Assembly (NCBI GenBank): GCA_965602015.1
Contig: OZ271918.1
Location: forward strand, 1,568,001 to 1,632,000
From: Salinispira sp.
GTDB taxonomy: Bacteria; Spirochaetota; Spirochaetia; DSM-27196; Salinispiraceae
Direction of reading: 5' to 3'
DNA length: 64,000 nucleotides
Shown: one piece after another, positions 47,542-56,229 of the stretch
How positions within the stretch are numbered: position 1 is the stretch's first letter
How the letters are laid out: each line of letters starts with the position of its first letter
Translations under genes and position numbers: made by a program
Notes under the pieces: model-generated
What the model was told of the DNA's origin: nothing
Seen by the model: only the letters and a program-made list of their open reading frames with translations
The model's database searches: none

Positions 47542-48819
47542 GTGAAAAATCAGACTATGCAAAAACTTGTAATTCTTGTGACTCTCATGCTTATTATTGT
47601 TCCTTCAAGCCTGATAGCAGACCCTCCCCGATCGTGGAACCACGATTCAAATCCAGCACTCCTGGGTATCAGGAACCGGCGGATTTTCGAAATCGGCATG
47701 AGTCCCGAATTTAATCTGGGAAACAATTACTTTAATCTCGCCGAAACCCTGGTTCAAGATCTGGTCATCGATCTCAATGACATATACAGCAATCTGGGAG
47801 ACAGGGATTTACGTATTGCCAGTACGGTCTCTGCCGAAGCCCATGCGGTGTTTTCGATTCTGGGTATTTCCATAGGCGCGTATTCGAATGTCGAAGGGCT
47901 GGTTTCCGCCGGTATCCCGAATTCCATTTTTGATCTTGTAGCCAACGGCAGCACCTTTGAAGATGAGGATCTCCTTGGTCAATCCCGGGTACGCGGCAGG
48001 GTCTTTGCAGATGCCGGCGTGTATGCGGGGTACCGTTTGCGCCGCGATCACTACTTCGGAGTAAAAGTCGGGGCATTCGCACCGGTGTTCTATACCGACA
48101 ACGCATCGGAACTCAGCTTCGGCTTTTCCACCGATTCCGAAACTTCCAACACCGTCGTTGATCTCGGTGCAAACGTTATTGCCTATTCCGCCCTGGATTT
48201 CGAAAACCTCGACAGCTTCGATCCCAATTCAGCTAGCTCCTTACTCAACGGCGTCAAACTGGATATCGGGTACGTCCGGGGAGACCGCAGGAAGCCGATT
48301 TACGGATTTAACATTAGCGGAATAACCCTTCAACCCGCAACGGTGGGCAATAGCGTAACCATCAATGTAGAAGAGCAGATCGTCCTTCAAAATCCCCTTG
48401 GCAACTTCGGTGAAGAAGGAGAAGGCTCAAATGAGCTTGTGGTTCTTCCCGAGTTCGCGGTGGAACCGGTTTATGAAAGCGGTCTTGATCAGCGAATTTT
48501 TATGCCGATACAGCTTGGAGGTTTCTACCGTCTGAGAGCGATTCCACTGATAGATCTCATAGGCCACGCCCAGCTTTACCTGGAGAAGCCCGTGTACTTC
48601 GGCGCCGGGTTAATTGTCGAAGGCAGCTTCTTCCCGTTCAATATCGTAAGCGCCAGCTTCGGCTATGACCGGAACATGTGGAATACCGGTCTGGGTTTGA
48701 AGTTTAACCTGTGGGTGACCGAGATCGGCCTCGATGTGGGCTTCAATTCGGTCAACCTGGGCAACCTCTTCAACGTCAGTGGCGCAGGCTTAAAAGTATA
48801 TTTTGCCATTGGGATGTAA
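47542..48819 (+). CDS. Outer-membrane beta-barrel protein (DUF5723-like)
   Basis: GTG after AGGAGG; signal peptide; NPALLG near the N-terminus; alternating amphipathic strands; C-terminal strand LKVYFAIGM. Confidence 0.7.
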   Translation: MKNQTMQKLVILVTLMLIIVPSSLIADPPRSWNHDSNPALLGIRNRRIFEIGMSPEFNLGNNYFNLAETLVQDLVIDLNDIYSNLGDRDLRIASTVSAEAHAVFSILGISIGAYSNVEGLVSAGIPNSIFDLVANGSTFEDEDLLGQSRVRGRVFADAGVYAGYRLRRDHYFGVKVGAFAPVFYTDNASELSFGFSTDSETSNTVVDLGANVIAYSALDFENLDSFDPNSASSLLNGVKLDIGYVRGDRRKPIYGFNISGITLQPATVGNSVTINVEEQIVLQNPLGNFGEEGEGSNELVVLPEFAVEPVYESGLDQRIFMPIQLGGFYRLRAIPLIDLIGHAQLYLEKPVYFGAGLIVEGSFFPFNIVSASFGYDRNMWNTGLGLKFNLWVTEIGLDVGFNSVNLGNLFNVSGAGLKVYFAIGM

Positions 48820-48843
48820 TGTAAGATTGAAATTCGATTTTTT

Positions 48844-48876
48844 GGCTGCCGGATATAGACCCGGCAGCCTTTTTTT
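48844..48876 (+). terminator. Rho-independent terminator of the lipoprotein-barrel pair
   Basis: GGCTGCCGG-N8-CCGGCAGCC followed by seven T. Confidence 0.85.
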
Positions 48877-49064
48877 GGCGAAGAGGGACTTGCCCTCCTC
48901 TCCCTCGACTTCCTGTCTCGGTCGCTCCGGGCGTCTCGGGGCAATTCGCCCCATCCTTGGGGCTCTTCGCTCCCTTTTCGGTCGCGCCGCCTATTCGTGC
49001 GTTCCTCGCCATGCATGATGGCTGCGGTACGCACGATTTCCGTTTCAAGTCCAATTATCTCATA
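48877..49064. repeat. tRNA-Val 3'-end-linked palindromic element
   Basis: 16-bp direct copy of the tRNA 3' part (48877-48892 = 49111-49126), a 9-bp inverted copy (49044-49052), and internal hairpins. Confidence 0.7.
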
Positions 49065-49107
49065 TACGAAAAAAGGACCATCCCTGAGGGATGATCCTTT
49101 TTTCGTA
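49065..49107 (-). terminator. Terminator hairpin downstream of tRNA-Val (potentially bidirectional)
   Basis: TACGAAAAAAGGA-C-CATCCC-TGA-GGGATG-A-TCCTTTTTTCGTA. Confidence 0.85.
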
Positions 49108-49108
49108 A

Positions 49109-49181
49109 TGGGCGAAGAGGGACTTGAACCCCCGACATCCTGCTTGTAAGGCAGGCGCTCTCCCAACTGAGCTATTCGCCC
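49109..49181 (-). tRNA. tRNA-Val (anticodon TAC), CCA not encoded
   Basis: GGGCGAATAGCTCAGTTGGGAGAGCGCCTGCCTTACAAGCAGGATGTCGGGGGTTCAAGTCCCTCTTCGCCCA folds as a cloverleaf. Confidence 0.97.
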
Positions 49182-49206
49182 GTTCCTGCGTTTTGCAACG
49201 AAGGAG

Positions 49207-49236
49207 AATGTATCAAAATGCTGCCTCTTATGTCAA
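49207..49236 (-). promoter_or_regulatory. Probable sigma70 promoter of tRNA-Val
   Basis: Minus strand TTGACA-N18-TACATT. Confidence 0.6.
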
Positions 49237-49313
49237 CGACTATAGTAAAAAAGTTAATCGATAGTTTTGTCTTTTTTTCTGACAGGCGGCTGCGCTGGCC
49301 GAGGTTCAGCGGA

Positions 49314-49342
49314 TTGTAGCTGCAAGGTTATCATGATATTAT
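49314..49342 (+). promoter_or_regulatory. Probable promoter of the first EF-G paralogue
   Basis: TTGTAG-N17-TATTAT with an extended -10 TG. Confidence 0.5.
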
Positions 49343-49385
49343 CTGAGTCCATTCTGACTTGAATCAAAACTGGAGCATTTTATTT

Positions 49386-51410
49386 ATGAATCTTAAGCGA
49401 ACCCGAAATATTGGAATTATGGCCCATATCGATGCGGGTAAAACAACCACCACCGAACGCATACTTTTCTACACCGGGAAAAGCCATCGAATGGGAGGAG
49501 TCGACGAGGGCACGGCCACCATGGACTGGATGGTTCAGGAGCAAAACCGCGGCATAACAATCACCTCCGCGGCAACCACCTGCTACTGGAAAGACACAAA
49601 AATAAATATCATCGATACTCCGGGTCACGTGGACTTCACCGCTGAGGTCGAGCGCTCTTTGCGGGTTCTCGACGGCGCGGTTGCGATTTTCTGTGCGGTG
49701 GGAGGGGTTGAGCCCCAGAGCGAAACTGTGTGGCATCAAGCAGACAGCTATAATGTTCCGCGCATCGCCCATATTAACAAGATGGACAGGATCGGAGCTG
49801 ATTTCTACGCGGTCCTGGAAGAAATGGATGCAAAGTTTCAGTGCAATCCCGTTGCATGGCAAATTCCCATTGGCGCAGAGTCGGACTTTGATGCAGTCAT
49901 AGATCTGATCAAAATGAAGGAACTTCATTTTGAGGGGCCTGAGGGTCGGGAACTTGTTGAGAAAGATATCAGGGAAGAGATGCAAGACAAAGCAGATGAG
50001 ATGCGGGAGAAGATGCTCGATGAACTCAGTCAGCATTCAGATGAGCTGACAGAGCTTTTCCTTGAAGGCAATGAAATTCCCCAAGAGCTCATTCACTCAA
50101 TCTTCAGAAAAGCGACGCTGGAGCAGACCCTTGTACCGGTAAGCTGCGGCGCATCACTGAGAAACATCGGCGTCCAACCGCTACTCGACGCGGTCTCGGC
50201 TTATCTTCCGGCGCCGGAGGAACTTCCGCCGGTGACGGCTCATCACATCAAAAAGGCTGTTGATGTGGAAGTTCCCCGAGATGAAGGCGGCGACCCCCTT
50301 GCGCTGATCTTTAAAATTCAACACGACCCCAGCGCGGGGGCGATGTGCTTTTTTCGGGTGTATTCCGGGGTACTCCAGGCCGGCAAGGCTTGTTTTAACA
50401 TCAGCAAAGGCAAACGAGAGCGGATAAACCGCATGTATCGCATGCACTCCAACAGTGAAGAAGCGGTTGAGGAGATGCGCGCCGGAGATATCGGAGTGAT
50501 CATCGGATTCAAACTGGCTCAGACCGGCGACACCATCGGAAGCGAAGGCGCTCAGCTTCTGCTGGAAAAAATGCATTTTCCCGAACCGGTAATCTCTTCG
50601 GCCATCGAACCCAAAACCTTGAGCGACCGCGACCGGCTCAAGACCACCCTGGATCTGCTCGCAAGGGAAGATCCCACCTTTTTCTGGAAGGAGGATGATG
50701 ACACCGGCGAGCTGATCATCAGCGGTATGGGTGAGCTCCACCTCGACGTCATGACCACCAGGGTTCGGGATGACTTCAAAGTTGATGCCCGAATGGGTAA
50801 GCCTCAGGTAACCTATCGCGAGAGCATTACCCAGACTCAAACTCACCGGGAAACCTTTAGTAAACTTATTGCCGGCAAGGAGCAAAACGCCGAGCTGACC
50901 ATAGAAGTAAAGCCTGCGGGCCGCGGGGCGGGAAACTCGGTGCGGTCCACAGTTTCCCCAGACGGCATTCCTGAGGTAATGCTCAAGGCTGCCATGAGGG
51001 GGCTTGAGTCGAGCCTTGGCGGAGGCATCCAGTTCGGATATCCCTGCATAGATATTGATGTCACCCTGACATCCGTTGTTTTTGATCCCGAGACGTCGAG
51101 CGAGTTCGCCTTCGAGGCGGCGGCCAGCATGGCGTTTGACAAGGCTTGTTCGGCGGCGGCACCGGTTATGCTGGAACCGGTTATGCGCATCGATATCATG
51201 TGTCCCAAAGAGTTCATCGGCGACGTGGTCTCCGGAATGACCATGCGAGGTGGCATTGTTCAGGAAATCGAATCGCGAGTTGCCGTGGAGCACATTCACG
51301 CCCAGGCTCCGCTGGAGAAGATGTTCGGTTACTCCACCGCCTTACGAAGCACAACACAGGGCCGCGGTACCTTCGCAATGGAATTCAGTCACTTCCAGCA
51401 GAAGATATAA
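49386..51410 (+). CDS. fusA: Elongation factor G paralogue, spirochaete EF-G2 (ribosome-recycling) type
   Basis: [39 protein letters not shown]; domain IV loops divergent ([15 protein letters not shown]). Confidence 0.9.
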   Translation: MNLKRTRNIGIMAHIDAGKTTTTERILFYTGKSHRMGGVDEGTATMDWMVQEQNRGITITSAATTCYWKDTKINIIDTPGHVDFTAEVERSLRVLDGAVAIFCAVGGVEPQSETVWHQADSYNVPRIAHINKMDRIGADFYAVLEEMDAKFQCNPVAWQIPIGAESDFDAVIDLIKMKELHFEGPEGRELVEKDIREEMQDKADEMREKMLDELSQHSDELTELFLEGNEIPQELIHSIFRKATLEQTLVPVSCGASLRNIGVQPLLDAVSAYLPAPEELPPVTAHHIKKAVDVEVPRDEGGDPLALIFKIQHDPSAGAMCFFRVYSGVLQAGKACFNISKGKRERINRMYRMHSNSEEAVEEMRAGDIGVIIGFKLAQTGDTIGSEGAQLLLEKMHFPEPVISSAIEPKTLSDRDRLKTTLDLLAREDPTFFWKEDDDTGELIISGMGELHLDVMTTRVRDDFKVDARMGKPQVTYRESITQTQTHRETFSKLIAGKEQNAELTIEVKPAGRGAGNSVRSTVSPDGIPEVMLKAAMRGLESSLGGGIQFGYPCIDIDVTLTSVVFDPETSSEFAFEAAASMAFDKACSAAAPVMLEPVMRIDIMCPKEFIGDVVSGMTMRGGIVQEIESRVAVEHIHAQAPLEKMFGYSTALRSTTQGRGTFAMEFSHFQQKI

Positions 51411-51420
51411 GAGATTATCA

Positions 51421-52011
51421 ATGAAAGAGGAAGCCCGCCGGGAAACCGGCGGTACCAGGGAACGAATTCTACACCAATCCTGCCGGTTGTTCGCCCTTAA
51501 GGGCTTCGAGGGGACGGCTGTCAGCGAGGTATGCCGGATGTGTGAAATCACCAAACCCAGCCTCTACTATCATTTTGATGGAAAAGACGACCTCTTCCTG
51601 TCCTGCCTGGAACATTCGAGGGAGTCGTTTTTTACTGCCCTTTCCGGGTCAATCGGATATTCCGGCGATCTTATCGGAAATATCCGCGCCCTATTCTCGG
51701 ATATCTTTGGTTTTGCCCATACTAATCCCTGGGAGTACCGCCTGGTGTTGACAACCCTCTTTTCCGGTGAGGAAAGCGCCGAGCGGCGAATCTCCCAGCC
51801 CCTGCTCACCGGGATTATGGAGCAATTCGCGGCGTTTTTTTCGCAAGCGGCACTCGATCACGGGAATCTCAAAGGCAGAGAGGCGGCGCTGGCCGCATCA
51901 TTCCTTGCTCAAAGTATGGGCGTACGGTCCCTGCTGAACGAGGCCGCATCACCGCCAAACGATGACGATCTCACCCGCATAACCCAGAGCTTTATGTACG
52001 GGATTTTCTGA
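51421..52011 (+). CDS. TetR/AcrR family regulator
   Basis: TRERIL...LFA.KGFEGT.V.E......[14 protein letters not shown]. Confidence 0.9.
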   Translation: MKEEARRETGGTRERILHQSCRLFALKGFEGTAVSEVCRMCEITKPSLYYHFDGKDDLFLSCLEHSRESFFTALSGSIGYSGDLIGNIRALFSDIFGFAHTNPWEYRLVLTTLFSGEESAERRISQPLLTGIMEQFAAFFSQAALDHGNLKGREAALAASFLAQSMGVRSLLNEAASPPNDDDLTRITQSFMYGIF

Positions 52012-52271
52012 TGGACTGCAGACCGGGGTGCGGCGCCTGCTGCATAGCCATCTCGATCTCCTCCCCGCTTCCGGGAATGCCCGATGGAAAACCCGCGAGC
52101 ATTCCTTGCGTTAATCTCGATGATACGCTTTGCTGCCGTCTGCACGGCGGACCAGACTATCCTTCGGTATGCAGCGGCCTTAAACCCTCTGCCCAGATGT
52201 GCGGAACAAGCCGTAGCCATGCCATGGATTATCTCACTCTGCTTGAGCGACTCACCCTGCCGGACTCCTAA
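52011..52271 (+). CDS. YkgJ-family cysteine-cluster protein
   Basis: [24 protein letters not shown]...PC..L....C.L; TGATG overlap with tetR. Confidence 0.85.
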   Translation: MDCRPGCGACCIAISISSPLPGMPDGKPASIPCVNLDDTLCCRLHGGPDYPSVCSGLKPSAQMCGTSRSHAMDYLTLLERLTLPDS

Positions 52272-52335
52272 ACACAATTCTTTTCACTCGCTTGCAGCGC
52301 CACCGTAATCAATGAGAAGTATTTCCTTTATCCCC

Positions 52336-52365
52336 TTGACATACCTACCGTTCGGTATATAAACT
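52336..52365 (+). promoter_or_regulatory. Sigma70 promoter with a palindromic operator in the spacer
   Basis: TTGACA-TACCTACCGTTCGGTA-TATAAA(CT). Confidence 0.65.
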
Positions 52366-52406
52366 CAGTTTATCTATTGCAGCCATTGGCTGCCAAGGAG
52401 CATACT

Positions 52407-53804
52407 GTGAACATGACAGCTACCCAAACCGCTGAAGGATTACTGTATCACGTTTTTCCCCTGGGCCTTCACGGAGCATCCCATGATAGCCGCGAAGCGG
52501 TTCTCCGAGGCCACAATATCCGCGAATTTGCCGACTGGATTCCCCACCTTGTGGAGCTGGGAACCAACGCGGTGCTGTTCGGTCCCGTACTTCACTCCTC
52601 ATCTCACGGCTATGACAGCATTGATTTATACAGCGTGGACCCTCGCCTGGGAACCAACCAAGACTTCGCGGAATTATGTGACCAACTGCACCAAAACGAC
52701 ATAGCCGTGGTTATGGATGCGGTATTTAATCACAGCGGCCGGGATTTTTTTGCATTTCAGGATTTGATCCACAAGGGAGAAAACTCGACCTATCGGCACT
52801 GGTATTCGGGTCTCGATTTTTCCCAGGAAGGTCCCATGGGCGACGGTTTTGCCTACGAGTGCTGGGACGGCCATCCCTCTCTACCAAAGTTCAATCTGAG
52901 AAATCCGGAGCTCCGCAGCTATCTGTTCTCCGCCCTCGAGTTATGGATCAGGGATTTCGGAATAGACGGCCTGAGGATGGATGCCGCAGACGTCATCGAC
53001 CCGTATCTCTGGCCGCTGCTGAGAGCTCATGGCGACCTCAATTACCGCCCCCGCCGCCCCCTCAGTTTTAATAAAGGTCGGTTCTGGCTCATGGGCGAAA
53101 TGGTGTTTGGCGATTATTCGGATATTTGCCGGGAAGGCATGCTTGACAGCGTCACCAACTATGAACTGTATAAGGGGCTGTACAGCTCGCATAACGACGG
53201 GAATTACTACGAACTCGCCTGGACACTCAACCGCCAGTTCGGATCCCAGGGTATTTACCGGGGAAAAAAACTCTACAACTTTGTGGATAATCACGATGTA
53301 GACCGCATAGCCAATAGGCTCGACGACCGGGCTCATATGTATCCCCTGCACATACTCCTGTTCACCGTGCCCGGATTGCCATCCCTGTACTACGGCTCGG
53401 AAACCGGGTATCCAGGAGCAAAAGGCAGCAATGATTGGGAACTGCGGCCCCGGATTCACATAGATACAATGCCTGCTGCGGGGCGTCATGCGGATCTGCC
53501 CAGAACCATAACTGCATTGCGGCAGATTCGCTCCGCGAATCCGGCGCTTCAGGACGGAAGCTATCGCCAGGTTTTTGTCGATCATCGACAGTTCGCTTTT
53601 CTGCGGGAAAGTGGGAACCAGGTCATTCTTATAATCGTCAATTCGGAGGATGCTTCCCGCGAACTTACCATAGAAAATCCAAGCCCGGGCACGCGCAAAT
53701 GGGTGGATCTGCTCAACCGGGGACAGGCCTTCGAGGTCGGCGATGACCGGAGCATACGGATGGATATACCATCAAACTGGGGTCGAATTCTCCTGGCAGA
53801 GTAA
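52407..53804 (+). CDS. GH13 alpha-amylase family glycosidase (cyclomaltodextrinase/neopullulanase-like)
   Basis: HGYD, DAVFNH, catalytic GLRMDAA, GE, FVDNHD, YYGSE. Confidence 0.9.
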   Translation: MNMTATQTAEGLLYHVFPLGLHGASHDSREAVLRGHNIREFADWIPHLVELGTNAVLFGPVLHSSSHGYDSIDLYSVDPRLGTNQDFAELCDQLHQNDIAVVMDAVFNHSGRDFFAFQDLIHKGENSTYRHWYSGLDFSQEGPMGDGFAYECWDGHPSLPKFNLRNPELRSYLFSALELWIRDFGIDGLRMDAADVIDPYLWPLLRAHGDLNYRPRRPLSFNKGRFWLMGEMVFGDYSDICREGMLDSVTNYELYKGLYSSHNDGNYYELAWTLNRQFGSQGIYRGKKLYNFVDNHDVDRIANRLDDRAHMYPLHILLFTVPGLPSLYYGSETGYPGAKGSNDWELRPRIHIDTMPAAGRHADLPRTITALRQIRSANPALQDGSYRQVFVDHRQFAFLRESGNQVILIIVNSEDASRELTIENPSPGTRKWVDLLNRGQAFEVGDDRSIRMDIPSNWGRILLAE

Positions 53805-53897
53805 GCCGGAGAAACGCCTAACAAAACCCTCATAATTTACTTTTTTCCGTTTGACATCGAAGGTTTTCCGGGGGAAGATGGTTTAACATCACGTGAC

Positions 53898-54017
53898 TTC
53901 GCACCTGCATGCTGCGGGTCTTTTTCCTGGGAACAAGACCCGCTGGTGGGGTAACGCCGGAGGGTATATGCCTATCTCTTTCGAGCCTGCCTCACCTATG
54001 AGCCTGCTAGCTGCGAA
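53898..54017 (+). promoter_or_regulatory. Candidate three-way-junction leader RNA upstream of the second EF-G paralogue
   Basis: Three mutually compatible stems found by hand; TTGACA at 53851 upstream; abuts the RBS. Confidence 0.5.
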
Positions 54018-54030
54018 AAAGGAAGGGTAT

Positions 54031-56109
54031 ATGAGTTACAGGACCGAAGACATCAGGAATATCGCGGTCGCTGGCCACGGCGGTACAGGGAAGACCACTT
54101 TCGTGGAGAATCTGCTTTTTGACGGCGGAGGAATCGATCGGCCGGAGCCCGTAGAGTCGGGTAAAAGCGTCAGCGATTTCACCGAGGAAGAAATTTCCCA
54201 CAGCATGTCCATGCACACCTCCCTTTCCCACATATTCTGGAAGGATCACAAAATAAACATCCTGGACACCCCCGGCGCCGCGGACTTCGTCGGTGAGGTT
54301 GTAGCGGGTTTTCGAACCGCAGAGAGCGCGGTTATGATGGTCGATGCCGAGTCCGGCGTTCAAATCGAAACAATTAAGTTGTGGCGCCGTCTGGAAGCAC
54401 GCCAAAAACCGCGCATCGTATTTATTAATAAAATGGATAAGGAACGGGCGGACTTCGCCCGCACCCTTGAAGACCTCGAAAATAAATTCGGCGCTCAATT
54501 CGTCCCCGTCACCATGCCGATCGGCAGCGGCTCGGACTATAAGGGTATCATAGACCTGATTCATATGAAGGCCTACCTCAGCCCGGGCGCAGGCAAAAAA
54601 AGCAGCGCGACGGAAATTCCCGCGGATCTCAAGGAGAGCGCCGGAGAGTACCATGAAAAAATGATCGAAGCCGCAGCCCTTGGCGACGATGACCTGACGG
54701 AAAAATATCTCGAAGAAATGGACCTGACGGTCGACGACGCCATCAAGGGTCTCACAGAAGATCTCGTTGAGGGCAAGGTTGTGCCGGTATTCTGCGGCAG
54801 CGCCCTGCTGAACAGCGGTATTGCGGCAGTACTGGATTTTCTGAACATCGCCGCCCCTGCCCCGACGGGAATCGATGAAGTCCGCTACGACCTGGAAAAG
54901 AAAGAGCATCACACTCCGATTAGTCAGGACGGTAAATTCAGCGGCTTCAGTTTCAAAACGAGTATTGACCAGTACGCCGGTAAACTGAGCTATATCAAGG
55001 CGGTTACCGGATGCCTGACTCCCGACATGGAAGTGTACAACATTCGGGAGCGCAAAAAAGAACGGATTAGCAAGATTTATACCTGCCAAGGCAAGAAACT
55101 CGACGAAGTCGACGGCCTGTGCGCCGGCGATATAGGAATTATCAACAAAATCGAATCGGCTCACACAAACGACACCTTCAGCGAGGAAGATCACGAATTG
55201 GTTTTCAAGCCGCTCCAGCTTCCTCAGCCTGTTCACTCAGTGGCCATATCCGCTGAGAGTAAGAAGGATCAGGACAAACTCGGCGAGCTGTTGCAGCGCT
55301 TCGCCGAAGAGGATAAGACCCTTCGTCTGGAATACAATCAGGAAACAAAAGAGACGGTTTTCAGCGGTATGGGCGAGCTCCACCTCAACCTCATCTTTGA
55401 GCGCATTAAAAAAACCGCAAAGATCGAAGTGGTCACCGACACTCCCCGCATTGCCTACCGGGAAACCATCACCAAACCCATCGAAACTGAATACACCCAT
55501 AAAAAACAGTCCGGCGGTCACGGTCAGTACGGCAGGGTGAATATGCGGTTCCGCCCTCTTGAGCGGGGCGAGGGTTTCCAGTTCAGCAATGAAATCCGGG
55601 GCGGTTCAATTGGAAAAGGCTACATGCCGGGTATCGAAAAAGGCTTGCTGGAAGCCATGGAGGAAGGCCCTCTTGCGGGTTATCCGGTGGTCGACCTTGC
55701 AGCGACGGTTTTCGACGGGAAGGAACATCCTGTCGATTCATCGGAAATGGCCTTTAAGCTGGCCGCCCGGGGAGCGCTCAAGGATGCCTATGCCAAGGCG
55801 TCGCCGAAGCTTCTGGAACCCTTTGTTAAGCTTCACGTTTTTGTTGAGGATACCTACATGGGCGACGTCCTGAGCGACTTAAGCTCCAAAAGGGGCCGAG
55901 TACAGGCTCAGAACGACCTGGGAGGCGGCATTACGGAAATCGTCGCCGAGGTTCCCCACGGCGAGCTGCTCCGCTATTCCATCGACCTGAGGTCGATCAC
56001 CAGCGGTACCGGCGGTTTCGAACTCGAATTCAGTCACTATGAGCCGGTAACGGGAAAAATTGCCGACGCCATTGTTGCGGATGCAAAAGCCCGAAGCGAA
56101 GCTGAATAG
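54031..56109 (+). CDS. Elongation factor G-like protein (EFG II subfamily)
   Basis: GHGGTGKT, switch I HSMSM instead of RGITI, DTPGA instead of DTPGH, NKMD, GMGELHL; intact KKQSGGHGQYG and HPVDSSEMAF. Confidence 0.9.
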   Translation: MSYRTEDIRNIAVAGHGGTGKTTFVENLLFDGGGIDRPEPVESGKSVSDFTEEEISHSMSMHTSLSHIFWKDHKINILDTPGAADFVGEVVAGFRTAESAVMMVDAESGVQIETIKLWRRLEARQKPRIVFINKMDKERADFARTLEDLENKFGAQFVPVTMPIGSGSDYKGIIDLIHMKAYLSPGAGKKSSATEIPADLKESAGEYHEKMIEAAALGDDDLTEKYLEEMDLTVDDAIKGLTEDLVEGKVVPVFCGSALLNSGIAAVLDFLNIAAPAPTGIDEVRYDLEKKEHHTPISQDGKFSGFSFKTSIDQYAGKLSYIKAVTGCLTPDMEVYNIRERKKERISKIYTCQGKKLDEVDGLCAGDIGIINKIESAHTNDTFSEEDHELVFKPLQLPQPVHSVAISAESKKDQDKLGELLQRFAEEDKTLRLEYNQETKETVFSGMGELHLNLIFERIKKTAKIEVVTDTPRIAYRETITKPIETEYTHKKQSGGHGQYGRVNMRFRPLERGEGFQFSNEIRGGSIGKGYMPGIEKGLLEAMEEGPLAGYPVVDLAATVFDGKEHPVDSSEMAFKLAARGALKDAYAKASPKLLEPFVKLHVFVEDTYMGDVLSDLSSKRGRVQAQNDLGGGITEIVAEVPHGELLRYSIDLRSITSGTGGFELEFSHYEPVTGKIADAIVADAKARSEAE

Positions 56110-56132
56110 GCCCGAACGCAATCCCGAGCACC

Positions 56133-56170
56133 AAAAAAAAAGCCGTCCGGTACTGCCGGACGGCTTTTTT
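56133..56170. terminator. Bidirectional Rho-independent terminator
   Basis: A9-GCCGTCCGG-TACTG-CCGGACGGC-T6 between convergent genes. Confidence 0.9.
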
Positions 56171-56229
56171 GCAGCCTCGTGCGCGCCTTCCAGGACTGCC
56201 TGAGCGAATGGTTCGTCTTGTTACCCGAT

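Noticed and set aside
48663..49166. 167-aa minus-strand ORF spanning tRNA-Val
   Set aside because: Begins inside the tRNA and runs through two terminators and the repeat element; spurious.
43891..49181. Genomic island integrated at tRNA-Val carrying the ROK, lipoprotein and barrel genes
   Set aside because: The only tRNA 3' duplication I found is 234 bp away and excludes these genes; no integrase is present.
53898..54017. 5S rRNA, SRP RNA or 6S RNA
   Set aside because: Size and junction recall 5S, but the conserved CCGAAC and GATGGTA motifs and the SRP GGAAG/CAGC signature are absent.
54007..55236. 409-aa antisense ORF opposite the EF-G-like gene (similarly 50181-51299, 19994-20803, 20846-21718, 62141-63058)
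   Set aside because: Each lies wholly antisense to a conserved gene and has no recognisable motifs; typical shadow ORFs of GC-rich coding DNA.
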